The position numbers were made by a program, and so were the translations under genes. The notes below the pieces were generated by a model, which did not search any database, was not told the origin of the DNA, and worked only from the letters and a program-made list of their open reading frames with translations. DNA of 64,000 bases from Saprolegnia diclina VS20 (taxonomy: Eukaryota). The stretch is from assembly GCF_000281045.1 (NCBI RefSeq), contig NW_008246174.1, positions 3,042-67,041 on the forward strand, read 5' to 3'. Positions 34,701 to 48,268 of this stretch are shown here, one piece after another; the first letter of the stretch is position 1, and every line of letters begins with the position of its first letter.

Positions 34701-37700
34701 CTTGGACCACGTGACGTGAAAGTTGGTCGAGAGCAGCGACGTGACGAGGTCTTCGAACCACTCCGTGTCCGGAACTGTGTTGAGCCGGTCACCAAACACC
34801 CGCGCGGCCTCGTGCACCCAGAGCTTGTTCATCGTATCGGCGTCCTGGCATTTCGACGGCGTGATCATGAGCAGTCCTAAACACTAGGTGAATTCCAAAT
34901 GAACAGTTGGTTGATACCTTGAAACACTTTGGAGACGTCGCGGAGGTTGAACGTGTAGTGAAACTTGCTCGGCGTCGGGAGAAGCTCGCTGCAGACGCGG
35001 TTGTACACCTCGATGATGCACGTAATGATGCCGTTGCGCATGCTTTTCACGGGCGCCGAAAAGCGCTCCAAGAAGCCGCCGAGGATCGACGAGAAGATCT
35101 GCTTGAGCGACGACTCGCGCGCCGGATGCATGCAGAGCACGTGGAAGTGGCGCACAAAGCGCGGCGTGCAGTGGGACCGCCCGCCACCCGCGGGGGCCGC
35201 CGCGCACATGAAGAGCGTGTCGGCGATGTCCTTCCAGAAGAGCTTGTCGCGGTCGTAGAAGCCGCGAAAATCGAGGAATTGGCGGAGGAGCTCGATTGGC
35301 GCCTGCGCGCCGTAGACCTCGACGGCCGGGAGGTTGACATCGTCCACAAAGATGACCATGCGCTTGTTGCCAAAGGGTCCGAGGAGGTTCTTTCGCTTCT
35401 TCTCGAGCTTGGCTTCAATCGTCGACTGCGTCACGAGGCTCGACGTCTGCGCCGAGAAGCTCATCATCGTGCTCGCAAATTCTATACAAGGGCTAGGGTC
35501 TCGAACAGGCAGTGGGATAGGAAGTACTCGCAGGCTCGTCTTCGATGGCGGTCGTGAGTTCTCGGAGGAGGTCCATGACAATGACGGTCTTGCCCGTGCC
35601 CGTGACGCCCGTCATATACGCAGGCGTGTTGTTCATCGTGAGCACGCGGAGAAGAAACGTGTAGCGAATGGTGTCGGCGGTCGCGACAATCATGTCAAAG
35701 TATGGCATACTAGACGTCATATAAGACACTATTGTCCACGCATATACGTACCTAGCATTGTACTTGAACTCGGGCACGATTTCGCTCCAGGGCGAGAACC
35801 GCTTGTTGGCCAAATCGACGTAGTAGTCGAAGACGAGGCCGTGGCTCGGGATGTGCGCCGCAATGCCTAGTCCATGTTGTCTCTATTGGACTATCGCAAA
35901 AGGATTTCCAACCCGCCGACTCGAGGAGGCTTCGGAAAAACGCGTCGAACGGCTCGAGCGTGTCTTGGCTCATGGACGCGCCGAGCGACCAAATGAGCGA
36001 GAAGCAAAAGAGCTTGTTGACGAGCTCGAGCTGCTCGGGCTCGTCTTGCAGCTTGAGCGCGATGAGCTGCGGGAAGAAGGCGTCGAGGAGGCGACAGCAG
36101 TGCGTCACGAGCTGAATGTCGACGGTCGGGACGGGCTCGGCGCAGTTGAGGCGGACAAACTGCAGCACCTTCTCAACGACCGCGGAAATGTTGGTATGGA
36201 GCCGATGCAGCCACGCTGGCGGAAATGTCGATGGACGGGTTTGAAGCCACGTCTGCACATACGGGAGCCACCCCACGTCGGTCGATGTCATGTACACGAC
36301 GCCGATGCGGCTCACCTAATGCGCCCATGAGATACGACGATAGACGAGCAATGTACAGTCGCAGGGGACGCAGCGCAGAGGTCCATGACCTCGAAGAGCA
36401 TGCGCATCTCGGTCTTGAGCTTGATGCGCTCGCCGTTGGCGAGACAGAGAGTCATGTTGTCGTCCAAGACCGTGTTCATGTTTTCGATCCAGAGCGCGTC
36501 AATAGGTCCGTCAAACACGGTCCACTTGTAGTCTACTCCCGAGATCGCATCTTCAACATGCGACGAGAGGCGTGTACCGCCGTTGTCTTCGTTGACAGCT
36601 TCGCGCATGATCATGGACGCGAGGCCGTCGTGCCACTCCTGCGTGAGGTCGTTGAACTCGCCGTAGAGCTCGCCCATCGTGATGCACTTGGGATTGAGCA
36701 CGCGCGCGTGCACAGCTTGAAAGAGCGGGTTGGTCGACCTACACGACGCAGTGTAAGGAACCACCAGAGAGGGTGACCGAACCCTTGCTGCCGCAGCTTC
36801 GTCATGATGTTTTGCAGCATGCGATAGCATGTGGTTTTGCCCGCGCCTGTCGGGCCCACGAGCGTGCCCCCAAAGCGGACGTTGAACGTGTCGAACATCT
36901 GGATGATCTTGGTGACAAAGTTGGGGACCTTTTGCAGCTGGGCCTTGGCGACCTCGGCTTCGAGGCACACGAGGAGCTCGCCATAGTCGTTGGACGGAAT
37001 GTCGATGCCGGGAAAGAGGTCGTACACGATGGCCTGGAAGAGCGGGAGGTCGTCGCTCAGAAACTTGGGCACGTTCGAGTCGCGCAGCGCGCGGATGAGC
37101 GTCACGTCTTCGGTCAGCGTCGGGTTGGCGCGCTTGAGACTACCCGCCATGACGAGCACCGACTTGACCGCGCGGAGCCCGTAGTCGTAGTGCGGCTGCT
37201 GCGAGAGCTGCTCGCTGCAGAGGATGTAGAGCTTGCACATCTTGCGACTCAGCGTCTTGGCGTCGCCAAAGCCCTCGGCGAAGAGCATGATTTCAGCGAT
37301 GAGCGCGTAGTCGGGCACCATCATCGAGACGGGCCGGAAGCAGACCTTGAGGTTGTCGGGCAGCTCGGTGCGGCCGGCGTACCCGGGGTTCATGGTCACG
37401 ATGACGTGGTGATCTTTGAGAAGGATCTCGACACCCATGAAGTTGATGTGCTCCTTTTCCTGGAGCCGGCCCTCGCGCAGCGTCAGTAGCTGCTGCGCGA
37501 CGACCGAGAGCACTTCGATGTCGATGCGGTTGAACTCGTCGAGACACGTCCAGTTGCCGGCTTGCGCAAGGCCTCGGAAGAGCTTGCCCATCATCTTGTA
37601 GTCGATCTGGTCCGAGCAGTTGAAGACGACGCACTGGATGGCCATGGCTTTGGCGAGGTCCTTGGAGCTCTCGGTCTTGCCCGTGCCGGCGGGACCGGCG

Positions 37701-40700
37701 GGGGCGGCCCCCAGCTTGAGGCCATACGCCCCCGTGAGCGTCATCCAGCAGCGATCGGTGAGCGGTGTGATGACGAGGCGAGACGTCGCGCCCATGTACT
37801 CGTACCCGTACTGGATGATCGAGTCCGAGTGCTTGATGAGCACGTCGTCGGCGTCCGGGTCCCAGTAGTAGCGCAACTGCTGCTGCCAGATGAAGTTACC
37901 AACGTCCACGACGCCTTCGAGCATGAGACATTCCACTAGATAGACATGCTGGTCGTAGAGTCCTACTAGATAGATATGTATACCAATATCGCGGGCGTGG
38001 ACGTCCGTGGTGACGAGCGCCACAATCACCTTGCGCTCGAGCGACGAGAGCTTGCCGCGGATCTTGATGATAAGGTCGTTGAGATCGCCGACGACAGTCG
38101 CAAGCCAATTCTGCATGCTGCCAGACGTGCGCAAGACGGCCTCGGTCTCGCGCGCCCACGTCATTTGGGCTACGGTCGCGACGACTTGCCCAGGGTGGTC
38201 GACGACCCACTCCTTGCGCAGCCGTGTGTCGTAGTCGGCGAGACCGTACTTCATGAGCTTGTAAATCGAAGCTTTCATGCTGACTTCCAGGGCCTTGAGC
38301 CAGTCCTCAACGTTGCCCTATGGAAGTTGAGTCGGAATGATCGAGCACTCGAGCCATACGCGGGCCTTGAGGTTCTTTCCGAGCGGCACGCGCTCGTTCT
38401 CGGACGAGAGCATCGCGACCATGTCGACCGACCCGTCGCCAAACTCGAGCTTGACGAGGTTCTCAAAGCACTTGCGCAAATGGGGCTGGACCGCGTGTGG
38501 GTTCTTGCTCTGCGCCAGAATCTCGAGCAATTCGTCGTTGGAGAGAAAATAGAAGCGCGGGAACGCCATGCGCTTCGTCTCGAGGTAGTCTTCGAGCGAC
38601 TTTTGGATTTTGTCGAGGTGCATGTTGTGCTGCGTGAGCGTCTCTTTGATGCCGGGAAACGACCCGGCCGTGATGGCGATCGGCGAGTCCGCCGTGCGCT
38701 TCATGATGGCCTTCCAGCTCGCGTCGACGTGCGCAAACACCTTGGACGCGTCCGGGAGCTGGCGCTGGATGTCGGGCGCCGAGAAGATGGTTTCAATGTA
38801 CATCCAGTTCTTCTGCACGAGGAGCCACTCGTCGAGCGTCTCTTGGAGGCCCACGAGCCTCCGGCGCCACGTCTCGACCTCGTCTCGGATCGCGCCGATG
38901 AAGCGCGAGCCCAGGATCGTGTTGATCGTCACGATCGAGTCGTCGAGCGCCGCGAGCACCTCGTCCACGGCGCCTACAGAATTACATTACATTACATAGT
39001 AGAAGGGAGCTATACCGAGTACAAAGACGTCTTTGGATTCCTTGTACGGCTTGACTTCGAGCTCGAGCGTCTGCCACACTTGAATGACCTTCTGAAGCAT
39101 GGTCTCGAGCACTGCTTCCTGCTGCGCCGAGACAGAGACGACGCTGATCTCTTCGCCGTGGGACATGGCTTGCCGCGCCATGAGCGTCCCGAGCGTCAAG
39201 GACGCATCGCCCTACAAGCAACGGAAATGCAGGCCCGTCGCAATCGCCACCAACCTTGACGGTGAAGCCGAGAATGTCGTGGATTTGCGTCCAGTGACGA
39301 TCTTGGAGAAACGAGCCGCGGAGGTCCACGACCACGGGCAGCACGAGCTTGAACTGCTCGACTTGGACTTGGAGGGACTAGTCGCCATAGAAAATACACA
39401 GCGAAACATATAGCAAAGTACCACGGCGACTTCGTTGGCCGGGAGCGCGCGAATGGCTTGGGACGCGAGCTTGAGGTAGCCCTGCACCTGGCTGCTCATC
39501 GCGTCGACGTCAATGTTGCCAAACGTCGTTTCGTTGTACGTCACGGTCGCCTTCTCCCACTCGCCCAGCGCCGTCCACAGCCTGCGTTCAAGATGTATCA
39601 ACTTGATACTTTATAGGTCGCAACGGACCGTGTCTTGAGCGTCACGTCGTCGACTACGTCCTGGATATCTTGAAACTCGGACGGGATCTGCTTGAGCTGG
39701 ATCTGGTACTCCTTGATGCGCGCCGCTTCCGCCGCCAACTGGTTGACGACGACCTCTTGCTCCTGGAGGAACGCCAGCGCGTCCACAATCGACGTCTGCA
39801 TCGTCGCGAGCTTGGGATTCGCCAGTTTGTTGGAAATCGCTTCCTACATCGCCGTCGATTCCACATCACAATGAGGGAAAGCGTACGACGCTGCGCGTGA
39901 GCGGCGGCAGCATGTCGTTGATGAGCTGAGTGAAGCGCGCCGTCTCGCCTTCGAGCTCGGCGTCAAACTTGGCCAGAGTTCCTTCGAGCGACAAGACACC
40001 CTCTTTCATTAGAATAATGTCTTCCTTGATGTCATCGGGCACGCGCCATTCGTAGTTGTCCATGAGGATCGCCATGTCGTACACGCGCCGGTACTGCAGC
40101 TTGATGGCCGGCAGGACGGTCGTCACGTGCTGCATGTGGACGACCTTTTCAACAAAAGCGTCGGGCTTGGACGGCGCGCCAAAGGCCAGCGGCGAGAGCA
40201 GGCCGAGCTCGTCGAGGATCGCGACGCTCTGTTTCTTCATGAGCTTGGGCAGAAGCGTGCGGATCGCAATGATACTCTTGCCCGGTGTCGGCAAGAGCAG
40301 CTGCTTGAACTCGTCCGACTCGACGCGAAACACGCCGACCTACGAAATGTTTCAATGTTTCAATGTTTCAATCGTGAAACGTACGGTGCCGGACGCTGGA
40401 ATCCGCGTAAACTCGGCTTGCTGCTGCTGGAAGAGCGTGATGGCGTCACCAAACATCTCGATCGACGCGTCGTGGAAGTGCTCGGGGTGCATTTGGGCAG
40501 CAATGTTCTCCGTGTACGTAGCAAAGTACGGGCCAAAGACCTCGAGGTAGATCTCGATGGCTTCGAACGCCTCGTCCAAGGTCGCAAAGATGTCGGCGCT
40601 CACGCCCGAGAAGCCCGCGTCGTCGTTGAGGAGGCTCGCGAGGTTCAACTCGGCGATGCTCCACGCGGCCTTGCCCTCGTCTTCGGCGGTGGCGTTCGTG

Positions 40701-42003
40701 TATGCAAGCAGCATTGGGTGGCCCAGCAGTCGGTCGGGGACATCAAGCACAGTCAAGCACTGCTTCAGAATGTTCTCGAGGCTGAGCGTCCACGCTTCGG
40801 CGCTCGGCGTCACGACGATCGATGTCTCGGCGATCGCGACCGTGACGCTAAAGAGCGGCGTCGCCGCCTGCCGGCACTGCGCCAAAAAGTGCGTGAAAGA
40901 GTGGATGCTGAGCTGCAGCATCGCGTCGATCACGAGCAGGTCGGCCAGTCGCACAAAGTTTGTGAGGCTCCGGCACTCCTTCCGCAGGGCGGCGCGCTCC
41001 ATAAAGGTCATCTTGTGCTCGGCGACGATCTTGTTACGCTCGAGGAAGAGGTCGACAACCGCGTCGCACGCCGCGACGCAGAGGTTGAGCACGTTGGTGC
41101 TGAAGAGGCGGAGGCTCGTCGAGAGCTCGGTGACGGCGTCGCGCTGGTCGGCCTCGAGCGCTGCGAGCGTGTAGATCTTCTTTGGCACGAGGCGCAGCAA
41201 GAGCGTTTGCGTCACCTAGAAGCAGAGGAAATGGCTGGGTATACAAAGAGGGGATAGAGCGGTACTTGAAGCGTGAGCTTGCGCAAGGCGAGGAGCGTGG
41301 GCTGGAGCTGCGGGTTGAGAAGAAAGAGCCGCTTCTCGAGCGCGTACTTGGCGTCGCGCATCTTGGAGCCGCGGATGTTCTGCTTCCAGACGTTGTAGTT
41401 TTTCCAGACGCGGTACTTCTGGAAGAACGGGATCTGGCGCATGCGCACAAACCGCGCGTACTCGAGCTCCCACTTGTCGAGCGGGCAAAAGTCGGACGAG
41501 TCGGGCGTGAAGTGCGTGATCCCGGCCTTGCTCATCGTGTAGTAGCTTGCCGGGTTCGTCTCGTAGTGCTCGACGACCTGCAGATCGTACACAACCTCGT
41601 CGCTCTCGGGCTTGCGCTGGAGGTAGAGAAAGTTGCCCGCTTCAAACTCATCGAGGTACCGCGCGTCGAGGTGCAGAGACGCGGTAAAGGACGAGCGCGG
41701 GTTCGCTGCGGGCGACGGCGTCGCGACAGGCGGAGGCTGCACTACCACGGGCGTGGGCGCGTCAGGCAGCGGGTCCAGGCGCGGGCGCAGCAGCTTTGGG
41801 AGCGGCGCCGACGTCGCCGACGCCTTTTTGGCCTTGCGCACCTTGGGCACGAGCGCCGAGCGGACCTCAATCGGCTTGGCGCTGCCCGCCGGCTCGTACA
41901 GGCGCTTCTTGAGAAGAAGGTCCATCTCCATGGGACTCATCGACGACTTGGCCTCCGGTGGCTTGCGTCGCGCGCCGCTGCGGCTGTCCCGTCTCTCCTC
42001 CAT
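28768..42003 (-). CDS. DNAH6: Axonemal inner-arm (single-headed) dynein heavy chain, DNAH6-like; many short introns
   Basis: Four P-loops GPAGTGKT, GPTGAGKT, GVTGTGKT and GVGGSGKQ; FPRFYFLSNDELLEIL; coiled-coil stalk; ISLGQGQGP; C-terminal CPVYKT...HWVLNGAAFL. The N-terminal YYTMSKAGITHF...IPFFQKYRVWK resembles DNAH6. The family call is secure; the ortholog call is moderate. Confidence 0.9.
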
Positions 42004-42736
42004 GCACGATGCAACTTGGATCTTGCCCAACAGGCGTCGATGCGAAACGATATAATACCTCGGTTTAGCGACAGGCCGTGCTTTTTCCAACTGAAAATCA
42101 ATAAACGACCTGGCAGTAACGACATGGCAATATATATCGGCCGACGTCGCTTGAGTCGTTTAGTCATTCGGACCCTGGGTAGTTTAGTCATCGTTTACAG
42201 CGTAGCTGTAGTCGTTCGTGTGCTCCGATTCTCTGGCCGGCATTGTCAGGTTGGACTATCACAAGATGCACTCGACGCACAAAATAGTCTGCCTTGTGTC
42301 GACCGTGTACTGTCGGGAGCACTGGCTGAAGCGCAGCCATCTTTCTCATTTGTTGTACCGACTAGAGTAGCGTTTTCTTAGTCGTGGCATTTTGCTTTAG
42401 ATTCGGCGTCATATGCGGCACATGCCACATTGGAAGCGCGTAGTGGCCGCCGACGATGCCGGCGCACCTTCCACTCGACAAAAATACGAAATCGCTTCGG
42501 CTCCGTGACGTGGTAAATGCAGTCGTCGGGAGCAGAGCGCGCTATGCTGCTCTGTCGTTGGACGTCTAGAATGCGTGTTCTAGCATCATCGCTTGTATTA
42601 TCTAACTTTGTCTTAAAAAGCAGTGCTCGATTTCAGCCAATCCACAGCCACCTCCAGGATCAAACGCTGTTGCGCCGATACTTAGGAACATAGAAGATAG
42701 TCTATTATGCAGCGAAACATAAACACATGAAAGGAC

Positions 42737-45026
42737 TTAGCCCGTGATGACGCGGACGCCGCCGAGCGACGCGATCGTGTGGGCACAGTCGTGGTTGGGC
42801 TGCTTGATGAACATGAGGTTCTTGGGCGTCTCGTACTTGCGCGAGACCCACTCGACGACGGCTGGTCCAAAGCTGCCGCCCTCAATGCGCAAAAAGTCGA
42901 TGCGGAGCTTGGGGTACATGCGATCAAAGAGGCTCACGACGTCGCCAAAGCCGAGGTGGCCGCTGCCCACGTGCACGATGAACAAATGCGCCGTCTGCTC
43001 GTTCTTGCGCACGTACAGAATGGCCTTGTTGAGCGTCGGGAGGTGCGGCTGCTTGGCGAAGAAGAAGATCGGTGGCAAATTGATTGCTTGGATCACCTTG
43101 GCAATCGACGTCCTACATACGTTGCCACTAAACGTAAAACGAATGTAGTCGTACCCCGGGCCACGCGGGCTCAATGGCCCTGTATGCTCGTCGGGCGAGA
43201 GCACGGACGCGTCGTCGTCCAGAAGGCGGTGGCCCGCGCTGTGCCCCGGCGCCGCCGACGGCGTCCAATACTCGACAAAGTACTTGAGGAAGCGCAGGAC
43301 GACGACGCGCTCGAACATAATCTCGACAAGACAGAGGACGGCGAGGAAGTACAAGGCAAAGTACGTGAGCACGGTCGGGTCGCCGAGGAGGTTGCCCACA
43401 AGCGCCGTGAGCATGAGGAGGACGCCGACGATGCAGCTCCACCACGGTGCAATGACGTTCCGACGCAAGTCCGCGCGCTTAAACTTGAGCAGCATGCAGC
43501 CCATGCCAAACATGACCATGAGACCGAGAAACGCAAATGTGTAGACGCCGCTGAGGAGGTCGACTTGGCCGTGCAAGGCGAGGACGAGCGACGACGCGAT
43601 CGCAAAGTACAAGAGGATGATGTTGTGGTTGGTGCCCCGGCACCGATTCGTGTGCAGTAGGAACGCCGGCAGAATGCGGTCGTACGCCATGCGTCGCACG
43701 AGCCCTAGCCACATTGATACATTGATACAATAGCAAAGAGCGTTTATACCGGTGATGCCAACGTAGGACGTGAGAACGGCGCCCGAGAGAACGACGAACG
43801 CATCGAGTGCGACCCACGCCTCGAGGCGGTGGCCGCCGACGGCCTTGCCCATCGCAGCGAGCACCGTGTTCTTGTGCGCTTGGATCGCACTGAGCGGGAG
43901 CACGCCGAGCGCCAGAAACGAGATTAGCGGGTTGAAGATCACGACGCCCCACCACATGTTCTAGAGCAAAGTTCGTGCAAATGATGTGAAAATCGTCTCG
44001 TACGCGGAGTGTTTTGGGAAAGACGCCAGGCGCTTGCTCCTCGACAAACTGTGCCGAGGTCTCAAAGCCCGAGATCCCGAGCATCGCTGTCGACGTGCCA
44101 AAGAAGAGCGCCGTCCAGACGCTCCCGTCGATCCTAGCAATAGCGTGTGTCAGTATCGTATTACGCCATAAGAAATGAGTTACCATTGCCCGGCCATGTT
44201 GATGTCGGGGTACGGCGCTTGGTAGTTGCTCGTCAAGATCGCGCCTTGGTCGCGGATGACGAAGACAATCGATGCGACGCAGAGCACGATGAGTGTGATC
44301 GTGTGCACAGCAAAGATAAGCAGCGCCACGACCGCGCTCTCGCTAGTTGCTGCAGTGAGCGACGAGACGCGAGGTTGGGCGAATCGCACCTGATGCCAAT
44401 GATGGCGAGGATGGCAAAGAGGAAGAGCAGCGCGATGCTCGAGTGCACGATCTCGAGGCCGTGCACTTGCGACGCGAGGTACGTGCAGGCCGACGTGCCC
44501 GAGACGACGCCTACGATAGTCGTGCTTACATGCAAGATGGGTGCTCGGGCGTACCTGTGGCTACGTACGAGAGGATGCCGAGCGCGGCCGCAATCGACGC
44601 GAGGCGCTTGCTCGTCGTGTTGAGCAGCACGTTGTAGCTGCCGCCATTGAGCGGAATCGCGTTCACAACTTCGCCGTAGATGAACCGGTAGAGGTAGAGG
44701 ACGGCAGCGACCATGGCCATGGCCACGGGCGCGAGCTTGCCCGCCTTGGCTGCCGCGACGCCGGCCGTGTACAGGCAGCTCGACAAGATGTCGTTGCCGC
44801 AGATCGCTGTCGCAGGCCACTGCCCAAGCGGCGCGTGCTTGGACGCCATGTGGTCATCGATGGCCTTGAGCTCGGCGGGGTCGGCCGCATCGTGGAGCTG
44901 CCTGCCCCAGCCGGGAAAGTCCCATGGCGGGACGCGCGTGGTCTCGCCCTCAATGCGCACGGTCAGCGGCTCGGTGTGGAACGACAGGCCGTCGGCGCCG
45001 GGCGACCCATAGATCGCGTCGGCCAT
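42737..45026 (-). CDS. APC-superfamily amino-acid permease with cytosolic C-terminal domain, paralog A (6 introns)
   Basis: Motifs ATAICGNDILSSCLY, PLNGGSYNVLLNTTSK, LGISGFETSAQFVEEQ and LNKAILYVRKNEQT; ends LGGVRVITG*. Confidence 0.88.
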
Positions 45027-45040
45027 CGCGCTTCAGGCCG

Positions 45041-45134
45041 CAGGTTGGAAACGGCGGCCAATGTAACCGAAGCCGTCGATGCTGCCACAGGTTGGAAACG
45101 GCGGCCAAAGTAACCGAAGCCGTCGATGCTGCCA
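45041..45134. repeat. Tandem duplication, 2 x 47 bp, one mismatch
   Basis: caggttggaaacggcggccaa(t/a)gtaaccgaagccgtcgatgctgcca at 45041-45087 and 45088-45134. Confidence 0.95.
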
Positions 45135-46089
45135 GTTTATTGCCCTCTTTGCAGTTGCTTGCTTTCATTTTAAACAGGGTGTTTGTATGGAGAAGCCCCA
45201 CGGAAGCCTGTGGAACAAAGAACGAAGGCGACGTTGGAGCCAACGCATACAAACTTCAAGCTCTTTGTATCCAGCACAAAGCTGATCAGAAGGTGCGACC
45301 GCTCCACCTATCTCTGGATGCTCTAAGCAACAAGCAGGATTTCTGCAGGTACATAGATAGGCAGCATTGGATAGGCAGATAGCTTGCATTACGGCTTCCA
45401 CGCTCTAGTACCAGCACTTCAGGGGTGAGCTGGCAGCGAGGCCGCTGGCCGCTGTGGACAGGGAGAGATCAAGTCGGCAATAAAGTGGTTTATAAGGATT
45501 TATCCTAATTTCACATGATCGACCATGTGGTCCTCCGCGAACCCAGAATCGTTGGATTCTATTACAGGGCCTTCAAGCCGACCATTACGCACGGGGTATT
45601 ATAATACATTTCGGCACGACCTGACGTCAGGCTCTTCTACGCTTTTAAAATACATACAAAGCCTAAGGTATTTTTTTCATTTTACACGGATGTCATTGGT
45701 ACAACAAGGCTTATATTAGGACTTTTTGCCAGATGCAAATGCAATTAAATACGTATAGATCATTTAAGCTCGCTTTGAATATGTAAATATAATTCGGGAC
45801 ATTAAAACTGTTTTCGGACGTTGAAGGTGGATCCTGAACCCACACCTACGCCATCCGCTGCAATGAATTACATACAAATGACAAGGTATTAAAAAAAGAT
45901 CGCGACCTGGGACAGCCGCGTTGAAGTTGACGAGCATTTTAATTCGATTTCACGACGCTACACAGTGTATTTGTATACAGAATAAAACACTGCATTGTAT
46001 CCGCACGCTTGATCTTTGACTCGTCGTAACCTCTACGGCCGCACGCCATCGCAGTCGCCATGTTCATTCCGCCAAAGTCGACGAGCAAG

Positions 46090-48248
46090 ATGGAAGGCAG
46101 CTACGGCAGCGACAGCGGCCGCGACGAATCCGGCCTCCTCCAGCGCAGCCTGCACCCGACGCATGCGAACCTCAAGCCTTGGGACTTCCCCGGCTGGGGC
46201 AAGTACATCAACACCGAGGTCAAGCCGGAGGAGCTGCGGGCCATTGACGCTGAGCTCAAGAAGCGCGAGCACCCCAAGCTCTCGGAATGGCCAGCAACCG
46301 CGATCTGCGGCAATGACATCTTGTCCAGCTGCCTTTACGTCTCGGGCCTCGTGACGGCCAAGGCCGGGAAGCTCGCGCCTGTCTCGCTCGCGCTCGTGGC
46401 TGGCATCTTGTACCTCTACCGGTTCATCTATGGCGAAGTGGTATGGCTGTTGCTACCTCGTGCGCCCATGTGCTCATAAGATGACGTAGGTCAATGCGAT
46501 CCCGATGAACGGCGGCAGCTACAACGTGCTGCTCAACACGACGAGCAAGCGCGTGGCGTCGATCGCGGCCTCGCTCGCGATCCTCTCGTACATTGCGACC
46601 GGCGTCGTCTCGGGCACGTCGGCGTGCACGTATCTCTCGTCGACGTTCCCGGCGCTGCCCGTCGTGCCCTCGAGCATCGGCCTCCTCTTCTTCTTCGCCG
46701 TGCTCACGTCCATGGGCATCTCCGAGTCGGCGATCTTTGCCCTCGGCATCTTCATTCTCCACACGATCACGCTCGTTACGCTCTGCGTCATGTCCATGCT
46801 CTACATGTCCCGCGACAACTTTGCCATTTTGTACGACAACCTCTTCGAGACGTCGTTCCCGGACGTCAACGTCGCCGGCACCTGGTTCGATCCTTGCCCT
46901 AGTCTCGCATTCTCAAGGGTCATTTCGTCGTAGGGTCACTGGTGACGTCTTCACCGCGCTCTTCTTTGGCACGTCGACAGCGATGCTTGGCATCTCGGGC
47001 TTTGAGAGCTCGTCGCAGTTTGTCCAGGAGCAAGCACCTGGCGTGTTTCCCAAGACGCTCAAGGTACATATCTTATCGCCGTCGCATCTGGAGCGCTTGT
47101 GGTTAGAACATGTGGTGGGGCGTCGCGATCTTCAACCCGCTCATCTCGCTTCTCTCGCTCGGCGTCATGCCGATGGCCAACATCAACATGGTCAAGAACA
47201 CAGTGCTCTCGCAGATGGCGCTGGTTGTCGGCGGCCCAACGCTCCAGACCATCGTGTCGCTCGACGCGTTCATCGTGCTCTCGGGCGCTGTCCTCACCGC
47301 CTACGTCGGCATCAACGGTGGGTCTCTCGGCTCAGTATCAACTTGATACAAATTTTGTCGGTAGGGCTTGTCCGGCGGCTGGCCAGCGACCACATTCTGC
47401 CGGCGTTCCTCATGCAAGAGAACAGCTGCCGCCGCACGAACCACTGGATCCTCTTTGGGTACTTTGGCGTTGCGACGTCGCTCGTCCTTGTGCTGGAAGG
47501 CAACGTCGAGACGCTCTCGGGCGTCTACACCTACGCGTTCCTTGGGCTCATGACGCTCTTTGGCTCGGGCTGCATGCTGCTCAAGTTCAAGCGCGCGGAC
47601 CTCAAGCGCGACGTGATCGCGCCGTGGTGGGCGTGCATCCTCGGCGTCTCGCTTGTGATCGTCGCCTTCTTTGGCAACCTCTGCGGCGACCCGACGATCC
47701 TGACGTACTTTGCGCTCTACTTTTCGTGCGTTCTCCTCGTGGTCTTCCTCATGTTCGAGCGTCTCTTCTTCCTCCGCCTCGCCATGTACGTGCTGCAGCG
47801 CATCTGCCCGTCGACGCGCAAGGAAGAGACCAAGCCGTTGGCCACTGGCGCGCGCGGCGGGCGCACGATCGTCAAGGCCATGCGGCGCATCACCGAGGCG
47901 TGCCCGACCGTCTTCTTCTGCAAGCAGGCGGACCTTGCGAGCATCAACAAGGCGATTTTGTACGTGCGCCAGAACGAGCAGACGAGCCGCCTCGTGATCG
48001 TCCACGTCTACGACGCCGAGACGGGCGTCCCCGACCTTTTCGGGGAGAGCATCGTCATGTTCGACAAGATCTACCCCAAGCTCAAGATCGACTTGGTCGC
48101 GGTCGAGAGCGTCTTTGGCCCCGCGCTCATCGAGTGGGTCGCGACCGAGTACAGCATCCCAAAGAACATGATGTTCATCAAGCAGCCAAGCGCCGAAGCG
48201 ACCTTCAACATTGCGTCCCTCGGCGGCGTCCGCATCATCACGGGGTAA
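46090..48248 (+). CDS. APC-superfamily amino-acid permease, paralog B (4 introns)
   Basis: Same motifs as paralog A (ATAICGNDILSSCLY, GISGFESSSQFVQEQ, INKAILYVRQNEQT, LGGVRIITG*). Inr-like TTCATTCC at ~46063. Confidence 0.88.
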
Positions 48249-48268
48249 CGTGAGAGAACGTGTCTTTC

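Noticed and set aside
38981..38997. (ATTAC)n repeat in a dynein intron
   Set aside because: An ordinary short microsatellite, with a different unit from the TTGATAC family.
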